Below are positions 56,401 through 64,000 of a DNA stretch of 64,000 bases, piece after piece. Numbering within the stretch: position 1 is the first letter of the stretch; each line of letters begins with the position of its first letter. The DNA is from Alphaproteobacteria bacterium (GTDB taxonomy: Bacteria > Pseudomonadota > Alphaproteobacteria > JAWKYA01): positions 2,279-66,278 of the forward strand of contig JAWKYA010000007.1 of NCBI GenBank assembly GCA_041396725.1. Direction: 5' to 3'. The position numbers and the translations under genes are program-made. The notes below the pieces were generated by a model. That model worked only from the letters and a program-made list of their open reading frames with translations. It searched no databases and had not been told where the DNA came from.

Positions 56401-58394
56401 CGCTGAACGTTAATCTGCGTGCCGAAGGTATGGGAGGCTTCATCAGTGCCAAAGGCAATATTGCAGACGCAACGACTTCATCGCCGCAGATCGATCTTGC
56501 TGTGGATGCCAATTATCCTGACGCTGGCGCTGTCCTTGGTGCCGCGGCGCCTGGTAAATTACCACCCGAGGTTCTTTCCAAGCTTGGACCTCTCGCTCTG
56601 AAGGGGACTATAAAGGATAGTGGTAACAAAGCGAATCTCGATCTCGATATGAATGGCGGCGCCGGAAACCTAAAACTGATTGGATCGGTTACCGAGCCAG
56701 GAAGCGAAAAGCGCTCATTCGATATGACCGCAGTGACTCAGAATTTCCGGGTCTCGTTGTTTGCTCCGTTACTGGGCGACGCTTTGCCACCTGGCGTTCT
56801 GTCGGGTATAGGCAATGTGTCGGGTCGGGCAACCCTCCGCGGTACGCAAGCTAATCCGCGCGTCGATATGGATATGAATGCCCAGGCCTATGGCGGCGCT
56901 GTTGCGAGTAAGGGAACGGTTGATCTATCTGGTCAAGAAGCGGCTCTGAATATTGGTGTTAGTGCTCAAAGTTTAAACTTACAACCCTTGGCACCTCTCT
57001 TTAAAGGGACAAACCAAGAAACCTTGATGCGGGAGATTCAGACCGTTTCGGGAACAGCAAGCGTTGTTGGTAAGTCGAGCGCTCTCACCATTTCCAATAT
57101 CGATCTTCAAAGCCAAGCTTTTGGCACCAGCTTAGCTGCCAAGGGTAATCTTTCGACCGTTGCACCGGCCTATACAACGAACCTGTCCCTTTCCTTTGGC
57201 GAGCTTGATGTCGATCGCGTTATGGCAGCGGTATCCCCAGGAGGGGCGAAAACTGCTCCTCAGAGCGGTACTTCCGGCGGCGGTGGTGGTAGCGGTGGGG
57301 GCGGATCTTCAGCGCCAGGAACGCAGCTAACGCCTTTACCTCAGGGACGCTCATTGCATCCCGACTGGAGTCGCGAGGTCTTCAGTTTTGGCGATATGAG
57401 TAAGATCAATGCCCAAGTCGCCTTTGCGGGGAATCGTCTCAAATATGATAAATACGCCTTCGATAAGGTAAGCGGCCTTGTCCGTTTAAAGGACGGGGTT
57501 GCGCGTGTCGAAAACTTTCGTAGCCAAACGTTCGCAAATAATGGTCAGCCCAACATTACGATTAATGCCACCGCGACCTTAGGTCAGTTGATGGATGTTC
57601 AAGCCAAGTATCAGCTGACTAACTTAGATCTCTCGACCATTGCGGAAACCTTTAGTGGTCAGGGTCGGCGGATCGGTGGTGGGTTGAACGTGTCCGGCGA
57701 TTTAGCTACCCGGGGTCGCAGTGTCGCTGAATTAATCGTAAGCCTAGATGGCACCGCGCAATTAGGCGGTGTCGTGAAGGTTGCCTTGCGTCCTGACGAA
57801 CGGGCCTTGCTGAATGCAGCTGGTGGTCCTGGGGGGATTCTGGGTAATGTTACCCAAGGGACAGGCCTCGATAAAATTCTAGGTGGGCTTGGCGGCGGCG
57901 CTGGAAATGTCCTTGGCGCCGCGAATATCGCCACCGAAGCGGTTTCAGGAATTCTTGGCTTCGGCGCCGCAAAGATTGCTGGAGCAACGCCAGCTCAAAC
58001 GCAGGCTTTACGCGAAATCGCCCTAAGAGTGGGCGATAAGGAAGGTAACATCAGCGGTAACCTTAAAATTGATAATGGCCGCATCCAAACGGTCGATCCC
58101 AAGATTACCTGGCAGCGTGCGACGATGTACCCGAAGGGCACCTATGATCTAGCCGCCAAATCTCAGGCCATGAGTGCGGAGTTCTACATTCCCGAACAGC
58201 CGCAACAGCTTTTCATCGGTGTTCGCCAAGCTGGCAATAATCTTGAAATCTACCCGGCTAACCCACAGGTTCCCGGCCAAGCGCCGGCGCAGCAGCCCGC
58301 TGGCGGACAACAGCCAGCGCAACAACAGCCTGCTACACCCGTGGATAAAGGTATTCAGACATTGCAAGATCTATTCAAGTTAAAGAAGAAGTAG
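53412..58394 (+). CDS. AsmA-family giant envelope protein (1660 aa) with internal tandem repeats
   Basis: N-terminal TM anchor plus AsmA-like start (DGDISVSLFPSPVATVHGLRIAS...VDVHLKFIPLLSG). The body is a long, beta-rich, Gly/Ala/Thr-rich sequence. The C-terminus is Gln/Pro-rich. Confidence 0.8.
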   Translation: MRKIFFTLRALIVLVAAAAIIGPKFYNWNVYKPDVIAKVEAETNGRKAYIDGDISVSLFPSPVATVHGLRIASLPGATEPDLVTLSQVDVHLKFIPLLSGELAPSGITLIDPVAALEVLADGRKTWDFAVSPAPSATPGTGGQLQPPPPATPAPTAAAAGEDIGIHNLSIENGTVIWRDQATGSVDRVTNIDTDVTLDSMNGPFALDGSMVARGLETKIEGQLGDLRSLPAPLTATATIADTTVQFNGTFSNTPKGAAVNGKLQANSPDPSRLFLAGGGSVPGFLGQPLTLAATIAGDGVTHDMTIETLSLGDLKATGRGRVVVRDDRTLFDVGIVAPQVDLDRWMAMPAKTAPVPSESTTTAPISTPANPAAPAQPGARGATPQTNAKQPTTEGTIDLRIDSLVWNSRQAKNAHVLLAMAGPITTIKEATVSLPGNGTVALTGTLDSSHQPTAVSGVLEAKADETREVLQWAGVDVADVPTERLRKFDLHSEFTGNSQQMTINRLHATLDGATANGAATVQFGQRTGIGARVSVDRLNLDAYRSKAVKKTAGTPTPLTGTGDQAPAATDSASEAAGAWYDAVDANVVATAQAVTVGGQTAQGIDLNITLQNGKLTLNSGKINDIAGATVNVTRYSAAMANPLAFSLENFDLRVPDPARTFKALGRELPAGSKPGSIEATGHARGENNTVNLDTRINAFGGATTVMGVIREPKSADPKADIKFNADFPQAAPIFAIVAPGMLPQETLAQIRDLKGEGTVTGSYKALDVDLSFVGNGVGGFRAKGKLTDLGTDKAGIDMGMSARDFRMQLFAPILEDQVPDAALKFADTVNGSLTARGPLAGPQLEMDLTFSGFGGSTTTKGKVIGAAGGSPTIDLTLGANYPQSGPLFNAIAPGKLSPETQRNLGQLTMNGKVAGGRDNLRIDLALAGNGVGNFNANGTIAKPFDPDPNLDMAVKAQDFRMQLFAPLIGGDVPTAPFALAERVNGTVNAKGKASAPTLNVNLRAEGMGGFISAKGNIADATTSSPQIDLAVDANYPDAGAVLGAAAPGKLPPEVLSKLGPLALKGTIKDSGNKANLDLDMNGGAGNLKLIGSVTEPGSEKRSFDMTAVTQNFRVSLFAPLLGDALPPGVLSGIGNVSGRATLRGTQANPRVDMDMNAQAYGGAVASKGTVDLSGQEAALNIGVSAQSLNLQPLAPLFKGTNQETLMREIQTVSGTASVVGKSSALTISNIDLQSQAFGTSLAAKGNLSTVAPAYTTNLSLSFGELDVDRVMAAVSPGGAKTAPQSGTSGGGGGSGGGGSSAPGTQLTPLPQGRSLHPDWSREVFSFGDMSKINAQVAFAGNRLKYDKYAFDKVSGLVRLKDGVARVENFRSQTFANNGQPNITINATATLGQLMDVQAKYQLTNLDLSTIAETFSGQGRRIGGGLNVSGDLATRGRSVAELIVSLDGTAQLGGVVKVALRPDERALLNAAGGPGGILGNVTQGTGLDKILGGLGGGAGNVLGAANIATEAVSGILGFGAAKIAGATPAQTQALREIALRVGDKEGNISGNLKIDNGRIQTVDPKITWQRATMYPKGTYDLAAKSQAMSAEFYIPEQPQQLFIGVRQAGNNLEIYPANPQVPGQAPAQQPAGGQQPAQQQPATPVDKGIQTLQDLFKLKKK

Positions 58395-58605
58395 ACGCGC
58401 GTAATCTTTTCAAAATAAAGAGACGGATCGCCCGAGCTAAGTTCTCGCGAGCTAAGTTCTCGGTGCGATCCTTATCGATTTTATCGATAAGCGCTTGCGC
58501 GCTTAGTCCCTCATGGCGAGCGATATCGTCAAAGGCTTCCCAAAACTCCCGCTCTAGAGCTACCGAGGTTGCATGGCCGGCAATGATAAGCGAACGCTTC
58601 TTCAT
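58375..58605 (-). CDS. ribbon-helix-helix domain protein (RHH_4-like)
   Basis: KRSLIIAGHATSVALEREFWEAFDDIARHEGLSAQALIDKID...NLARAIRLFIL. It contains an in-frame ENLAR duplication, and its 3' end overlaps the asmA 3' end by 20 nt. Confidence 0.65.
   Translation of the reverse strand: MKKRSLIIAGHATSVALEREFWEAFDDIARHEGLSAQALIDKIDKDRTENLARENLARAIRLFILKRLRASTSSLT
58434..58463. repeat. 15-bp in-frame tandem duplication inside the RHH gene
   Basis: gagctaagttctcgc / gagctaagttctcgg, read directly. It encodes ENLAR-ENLAR on the minus strand. Confidence 0.85.
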
Positions 58606-58626
58606 GGATGCGATAGAGCTTATTTA

Positions 58627-60027
58627 TTATTTATAAGGACCGATCATATCTTCGGGCTTCACCCAGGCGTCGAATTGTTCGGCTGTCAGAAGACCTAACG
58701 CTAACGCTGCCTCTTTAAGGGTTGTACCTTCTTTATGAGCCTTCTTGGCAACTTTTGCCGCGTTATCGTATCCAATATGAGGGTTCAATGCGGTCACCAG
58801 CATCAAAGAGCGTTCCATGAGCCGCTTGATCTGATCGCGATTAGCTTCGATGCCAACCACACAGTTATCTGTAAAGCTGCGGCAGGCATCGGCTAAAAGC
58901 CGCAGCGATTGCAGAAAAGCATAAATCATAACCGGCTTAAAAACATTCAACTCGAAATGGCCGTTCGATCCAGCGATACTTATGGTAACGTTATTTCCCA
59001 TGACCTGACAGCAAACCATGGTTAAGGCTTCGCATTGAGTTGGGTTGACCTTACCAGGCATGATCGAAGATCCAGGTTCGTTTTCTGGTAAACTTAACTC
59101 GAACAGCCCTGACCGAGGGCCCGAGCCCAAAAATCGAATATCATTGGCAATTTTCATCAGTGAGACAGCGATAACATTCAGCATACCTGAAGCTTCGACG
59201 ATGGCATCATGGGCTGCTAAGCTCTCAAATTTATTAGCGGCAGTAACAAACGGAAGTCCCGTGAGCTGGGAAACTTCTTTGGCAAAGGCTTCTGCGAAAC
59301 CAACCTTAGCGTTCAGTCCTGTTCCAACAGCGGTCCCTCCTTGTGCCAATTCATACAACCTAGGCAAAACCCCTTGAATGCGCGTAATTCCATAATCGAT
59401 TTGTGCAGCATATCCCGAAAACTCTTGGCCGAGGGTCATCGGGGTTGCATCCTGCGTATGGGTACGGCCAATCTTAATAACGTCGCTAAAGCTCTTGGCC
59501 TTGGCGACTAAGGCTTGATGAAGGTGTTTTAGCGCTGGCAGAAGTGTCTGATTAAGCTCAACCGCTGCAGCAATATGCATGGCCGTAGGGAAGCTATCAT
59601 TGGATGATTGGCAGCGATTGACATGGTCGTTAGGATGGACAGGCTTTTTGCTGCCAATTTCACCGCCAAGGATCTCGATCGCGCGGTTAGCAATAACTTC
59701 ATTGGCATTCATGTTGGTCTGGGTGCCGGAGCCTGTTTGCCAAACCACTAAGGGGAAGTGATCGTCAAGTTTACCCATTGCCACTTCACCAGCCGCAGTG
59801 GCGATGGCTTGCCCTAATTTTGGATTGAGCTCTTTAAGCGTCATATTAGCTAAGGCCGAAGCTTTTTTCTGGATACCAAAGGCACGAATTAAGGGGAAGG
59901 GCATCCGCTCGCCACCGATCCGAAAATTCTGTACGCTGCGTTGAGTTTGTGCGCCCCAGTAACGGTCCGCTGGGACCTCAAGGGCTCCCATGGTATCGGT
60001 TTCGGTGCGGGTTTTCGGTGTGCCCAT
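58627..60027 (-). CDS. fumC: class II fumarate hydratase
   Basis: [16 protein letters not shown] signature, [10 protein letters not shown] and HPNDHVN motifs; 466 aa. Confidence 0.95.
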   Translation of the reverse strand: MGTPKTRTETDTMGALEVPADRYWGAQTQRSVQNFRIGGERMPFPLIRAFGIQKKASALANMTLKELNPKLGQAIATAAGEVAMGKLDDHFPLVVWQTGSGTQTNMNANEVIANRAIEILGGEIGSKKPVHPNDHVNRCQSSNDSFPTAMHIAAAVELNQTLLPALKHLHQALVAKAKSFSDVIKIGRTHTQDATPMTLGQEFSGYAAQIDYGITRIQGVLPRLYELAQGGTAVGTGLNAKVGFAEAFAKEVSQLTGLPFVTAANKFESLAAHDAIVEASGMLNVIAVSLMKIANDIRFLGSGPRSGLFELSLPENEPGSSIMPGKVNPTQCEALTMVCCQVMGNNVTISIAGSNGHFELNVFKPVMIYAFLQSLRLLADACRSFTDNCVVGIEANRDQIKRLMERSLMLVTALNPHIGYDNAAKVAKKAHKEGTTLKEAALALGLLTAEQFDAWVKPEDMIGPYK

Positions 60028-60096
60028 AGCATCCTCCGGTCATAACAACATGAATATGCCGGGTTTGTAGCACGAAGAAAGACAAGGTATCAGCTT

Positions 60097-60131
60097 AAAA
60101 AAATGGCGCCTATACATGTGTATAAGCGCCA
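60097..60131 (-). terminator. Rho-independent terminator after degP
   Basis: tggcgc-c-tataca-tg-tgtata-a-gcgcca hairpin (60104-60131), followed on the minus strand by a T7 run (60097-60103). Confidence 0.8.
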
Positions 60132-60158
60132 CTTTAAACAAGACTAAGGAGCGGCTTC

Positions 60159-61652
60159 CTATTCAATTTTTAAGGCAATGAACCGGAGATCCCCACCGCG
60201 ATCGACAAGCAGCAGGATGGATTTTCGCCCCGAATCCTTAGAAGCCTTAACCTGCTTTGCGGCATCGGCAGGTGTTTTGACCTCTTCTTGCGCAACTTCA
60301 GTAATCACATCGCCGGGGCGGATACCTTTTTCGCTAGCACTGCTTTTAGCATCCACAGCTGTGATCAAGACACCGGCGGTCTTCGAGTCTATGCCATATT
60401 TCTGTCGTGCCTCGTTGCTGATTGGTGCAAGAGTGAGTCCTAGAACGGTTACGGTACCTACAGTAGGGGAGGTGGGGTTAGAGCCAGAACCCTTTTTATC
60501 GCCAGCGGCTGAAGCCTCCTCCGGCTCGTCAGGCAATTCACCAACCTTAACCCGTAGCGACAGCACTTTTTCTGCACGCCAAACATCAATCGGTACCTCA
60601 CTGCCAACAGATGTTTCGGCGACAACGCGCGGTAACCGCCGCATCTCGGTAATATCGTGACCGTTGAATTTTAAAACGATATCACCTGGCAGAATTTTTG
60701 CCGCTTCGGCAGGGCCGCCCGGAGTAACCGAGGCCACTAAAGCGCCACGTGGCTTACCAAGGCCGAGACTTTCTGAAATTTCAGGTGTTACTTCTTGGAT
60801 GCGGACACCCAACCAACCGCGTCTGGTTTTACCAAACTGACGCAGCTGATCGATAACTTGTTTAGCCAGGTTCGAGGGAACGGCGAAGCCAATACCGACA
60901 CTTCCCCCAGAAGGCGAAAGGATCGCTGTGTTGATACCGATCACTTCGCCAGCCATGTTGAACATAGGGCCGCCGGAATTGCCGCGATTAATCGAGGCGT
61001 CAGTTTGAATAAACTCATCGTACTGACCGGAGTTAATGTCCCGTGCCAGAGCTGAAACAATCCCAGAAGTAACCGAACTGCCAAGGCCAAAGGGATTACC
61101 GATAGCCAGAACCCAATCGCCAATTCGGACTTTATCGCTATCACCAAAAGCGACAGCCGATAAAGGTTTACTGGCATCGACCTTAAGTAAGGCAAGATCG
61201 GTCTTGGTATCACGGCCTAAAATCTTGGCCTTAAGATTGGTATTATCGTTCAGAATGACCGTGATTTCTTCTGCTTCATTGATAACGTGATTATTCGTTA
61301 CAATTAACCCCGAGGGATCGATGATAAAACCGGAACCCAAAGAGGTCGTCCGCCGTGGTTTCCCTTTATTCTGTTGGCGATCTAGAAATTCCTTAAAAAA
61401 TTCCTCAAAGGGGGATCCAGGAGGAAAAGAGAATTCGGGGGTTCCTGTGTCTTTAACGATTTGCGTGGTAGAGATATTAACCACTGCAGGTAACAGCTTT
61501 TCGGCTAGATCGGCAAATCCATCTGGTGCCGGCTTGGCCTGAGCGTTTGCCGTGGTTCCCACACTTACAAGAGCAATAATTAAGAAAGCGCTGCCAAGAC
61601 GCGATAAATGCTGCCATGGGCGCTGTAAAGGAAGGGAAGCTTGAATGTTCAC
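60159..61652 (-). CDS. degP: DegP/HtrA-family periplasmic serine protease with two PDZ domains
   Basis: Signal peptide; catalytic triad regions (TNNHV, DLALLKV, GNSGGPMFN); two PDZ-like segments. Confidence 0.9.
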   Translation of the reverse strand: MNIQASLPLQRPWQHLSRLGSAFLIIALVSVGTTANAQAKPAPDGFADLAEKLLPAVVNISTTQIVKDTGTPEFSFPPGSPFEEFFKEFLDRQQNKGKPRRTTSLGSGFIIDPSGLIVTNNHVINEAEEITVILNDNTNLKAKILGRDTKTDLALLKVDASKPLSAVAFGDSDKVRIGDWVLAIGNPFGLGSSVTSGIVSALARDINSGQYDEFIQTDASINRGNSGGPMFNMAGEVIGINTAILSPSGGSVGIGFAVPSNLAKQVIDQLRQFGKTRRGWLGVRIQEVTPEISESLGLGKPRGALVASVTPGGPAEAAKILPGDIVLKFNGHDITEMRRLPRVVAETSVGSEVPIDVWRAEKVLSLRVKVGELPDEPEEASAAGDKKGSGSNPTSPTVGTVTVLGLTLAPISNEARQKYGIDSKTAGVLITAVDAKSSASEKGIRPGDVITEVAQEEVKTPADAAKQVKASKDSGRKSILLLVDRGGDLRFIALKIE

Positions 61653-61816
61653 CGCTAAAACTCCGTCTGGTCACCGCTCGAATCTTATGCCGAGGGTTTA
61701 CCTATGCATCATCACCTTCAATATGGCGAAAGCCAGGCGAATATATTCACCTTGCCGTGAATATAGGAACGCGGCGGTCTGACGCCAGCCTTAGCTCGAA
61801 AAATGCCAAAATCTGG

Positions 61817-62713
61817 TTAACGCCGAAGCGTCTCGCCGTTTCTTCCTAAGGTACCGCTCCCAAAAAAACGAAAGAAATCACCATCTGGAGGGCCGATATA
61901 GCGGGTATTCTCACTATCGAGGCCGCGCCGCATGGCTTGCAGCGAGCGATAAAAATCGAAGAAAGCAGGATCGCGACCATAGGCTCCGGCATAAATCTTT
62001 GTTGCTTCTGCATCAGCTTCACCCCGTAGGATCTCGCGGCGCTTTTGAGCTTCGGCCACAAGAACACGGACCTGCCGATCGGCTTCGGCACGAACAAAGT
62101 TAGCATCACGTTGACCTTCGGCTCGGAATTTACGTGCTTCTTGTTCGCGTTGAGTTTGCATGCGCCGAAAGACAGCTTGACTATTGGCATCGGGAAGATC
62201 GACGCGTTTAATGCGCACATCGATAATCTCGACACCGAAAGATTTAACACCCTCGCCTACGAGGCGCGCAACATCTGCCATTAAAGTTGCCCGGCGTTCA
62301 GTCAACACTTCTTCAAGCTGAACCTCACCGATCACCGCACGTAACGATTGGCCCATAATGTTGTTAAGGGTGCCCCTAAACTGAGATTCGGCACGCGCGG
62401 TTCGGAAAAACTCCAAAGGATCGACAATTCGATAACGCGCAAAGGCATCCACGACGACCTGTTTTTGATCCTTGGTGGGAATTTCGCCAGGGGAAGCATC
62501 GAAATCGAGAACGCGATCATCGAAATAAAGCACGGTCTCGATCAAGGGATACTTAAAATTAAGCCCTGGTTGGGCGATGCTACGCACGGGTTTGCCGAGA
62601 TTTAGAACGATGGCTCGTTCGGTTTCCTGTACGGTGAAAACAGAAAGATATCCAACGAGGAGAATCGCAAATCCCAACAAGATATATATGAGGCTACGTG
62701 AGTTCCCATTCAT
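61817..62713 (-). CDS. hflC: protease modulator HflC
   Basis: N-terminal TM segment and SPFH/band-7 domain. ATGA-type overlap with hflK. Confidence 0.9.
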   Translation of the reverse strand: MNGNSRSLIYILLGFAILLVGYLSVFTVQETERAIVLNLGKPVRSIAQPGLNFKYPLIETVLYFDDRVLDFDASPGEIPTKDQKQVVVDAFARYRIVDPLEFFRTARAESQFRGTLNNIMGQSLRAVIGEVQLEEVLTERRATLMADVARLVGEGVKSFGVEIIDVRIKRVDLPDANSQAVFRRMQTQREQEARKFRAEGQRDANFVRAEADRQVRVLVAEAQKRREILRGEADAEATKIYAGAYGRDPAFFDFYRSLQAMRRGLDSENTRYIGPPDGDFFRFFGSGTLGRNGETLRR

Positions 62714-63894
62714 TGTGAGACTCCTGGAATTTGACTCTGATTCTGTTGCAACGAAGAAGACGAGGGGGGCTTTTGTGATCGTGGTCGTTGCAATTCATCG
62801 AGAGGAAGGTAAGGTACAACACCTTGACCAGCATGAGGGTCGATGAGGATTTTATCGATACTGCCTAAGACTTCTTCCATGGTCTCAAGATAAAGCCGGC
62901 GTCGCGTAATTTCTGGCGCTAAACGGAACTGATCATAAACGGCAATAAACCGCTGTGCATCGCCGGTCGCTTGTGCGACTTTTTCACTTTTATAAGCCTC
63001 GCCTTCTTGTTTGATCCGCTCTGCTTGTCCTTCGGCGCGTTGAACGACTTCGTTCCGATAAGCAAGCGCTTCGTTGATCGTGCGCTCTTTATCGGCGCGG
63101 GCAGCCTGCACATCGCGGAAAGCATCAATGACTTGTTTCGGTGGATCGACGCTTTGGATGGATAATTCGACAATCGTGATTCCACTTTGATAGGTATCTA
63201 AAATTTTTTGTAGGAGGTTTCGTGCATCATCGCCCAGTTTTGTTCGCCCGCTGGTGCGCGCGCTTTCAAAGTCGGTCTTGCCGATCGCTTCGCGCATCGC
63301 GCTTTCCGCAGCATCTTTAACAGTCTGCTCGCCGTTACGGATGTTGAACAAAAAATTATCGGCATCACTAATGCGCCAGAGAACACTGAACTGGGCATCG
63401 ATAATGTTTTCGTCGCCCGTCAGCATCAGGCTTTCCGAGGTGACGGCGCGAAGGTTTTCCTGGATACCGACTTGGCCTGGCGTCGATCGAAAACCTACTT
63501 CGACCCGATTGACGCGCCCCACAGGGGGACGCAAGACTTGGCCAACAGGGCTTGGAAAATTCCAATGCAAGCCAGGGCCAGTCTGCTCGGCACGCTTGCC
63601 GAAGATCAATTCGACCCCGAGCTGTTCGGGACCGACAGTGTAGAACCCCATGGCCATCCATCCGAGAATGGCAAGAATCGCCATTAAGAAAATGGCGCGG
63701 ATCGATCCCATACCGCCAGGAAGAAATGCCTTGAACCGATCTTGGCTCCGACGAATGAGTTCCTCAAAGTCAGGGGGCTGACCACCGCCAGTGCTTGGCC
63801 GGCGACCCCAAGGAGACTGTCCTCCGCCACCGCCGTTGTCACCGGGCTTACCGCCCCACGGGCCACCGCTTCCTGCATTATTCGACCATGGCAT
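62710..63894 (-). CDS. hflK: protease modulator HflK
   Basis: Gly-rich N-terminus (PWSNNAGSGGPWGG...), TM segment, SPFH domain, C-terminal coiled coil. Confidence 0.9.
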   Translation of the reverse strand: MPWSNNAGSGGPWGGKPGDNGGGGGQSPWGRRPSTGGGQPPDFEELIRRSQDRFKAFLPGGMGSIRAIFLMAILAILGWMAMGFYTVGPEQLGVELIFGKRAEQTGPGLHWNFPSPVGQVLRPPVGRVNRVEVGFRSTPGQVGIQENLRAVTSESLMLTGDENIIDAQFSVLWRISDADNFLFNIRNGEQTVKDAAESAMREAIGKTDFESARTSGRTKLGDDARNLLQKILDTYQSGITIVELSIQSVDPPKQVIDAFRDVQAARADKERTINEALAYRNEVVQRAEGQAERIKQEGEAYKSEKVAQATGDAQRFIAVYDQFRLAPEITRRRLYLETMEEVLGSIDKILIDPHAGQGVVPYLPLDELQRPRSQKPPSSSSLQQNQSQIPGVSQ

Positions 63895-64000
63895 TCTTAT
63901 ATATCCCTTACTTTTGGCACTGCACGATCCTATGCTATCCTATAGCGAGAGTCTTTCATGTAAAGATTAAGCGCCTTATATCAGAGGCTACGGGATCCGT

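Noticed and set aside
63920-63945. TGGCAC motif (ttggcactgcacgatcc) that might be a sigma-54 -24 element near hflK.
   Set aside because: No TTGC-type -12 element lies at the required spacing, and the motif points away from hflK toward the window edge.

Overview
This looks like a core-chromosome segment of an alphaproteobacterium. Gene content and order resemble Rhodospirillales: gltD upstream of gltB, plant-type gshA, SURF1 after ctaE, an NDUFA9-like SDR, a METTL20-like methyltransferase, kdsD-lptC-lptA-lptB-rpoN-hpf-ptsN, and hflK-hflC-degP. I can support about 55 protein genes and one tRNA-Leu(CAG). I saw no rRNA, CRISPR array, transposase, integrase or phage genes. I cannot point to a convincing new multi-gene system; most of the window is ordinary housekeeping DNA. 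Four things stand out. (1) Two localized patches, about 17.0-17.8 kb and 23.5-24.5 kb, contain many frameshifts or stops. They break thrS and the start of infC, and the converging 3' ends of a TPR gene and chrA. Isolated lesions also occur elsewhere: an in-frame TGA in gltB and a 1-nt loss in an A-run in prmA. Several of the lesions I resolved sit in mononucleotide runs, so sequencing or assembly error is a serious alternative to real gene decay. (2) An unusual gene-free gap of about 830 bp lies upstream of thrS. It holds a phased array of TGTG-N3-CACA palindromes in an AT-rich core, followed by several different short tandem duplications, including a 3 x 17 bp iteron-like block. (3) Short tandem duplications of 11-23 bp recur across the window. 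Most are intergenic, but one is in frame inside a gene, one covers a start-codon region, one a stop codon and one a tRNA 3' end. (4) The envelope proteins have atypical architectures: LptB carries an N-terminal Pro/Ser/Ala-rich extension of about 265 aa, LptA carries a Pro-rich insertion, and a 1660-aa AsmA-family protein contains about 154-aa internal tandem repeats. All functional calls come from reading the translations against remembered family motifs. No database search was run.
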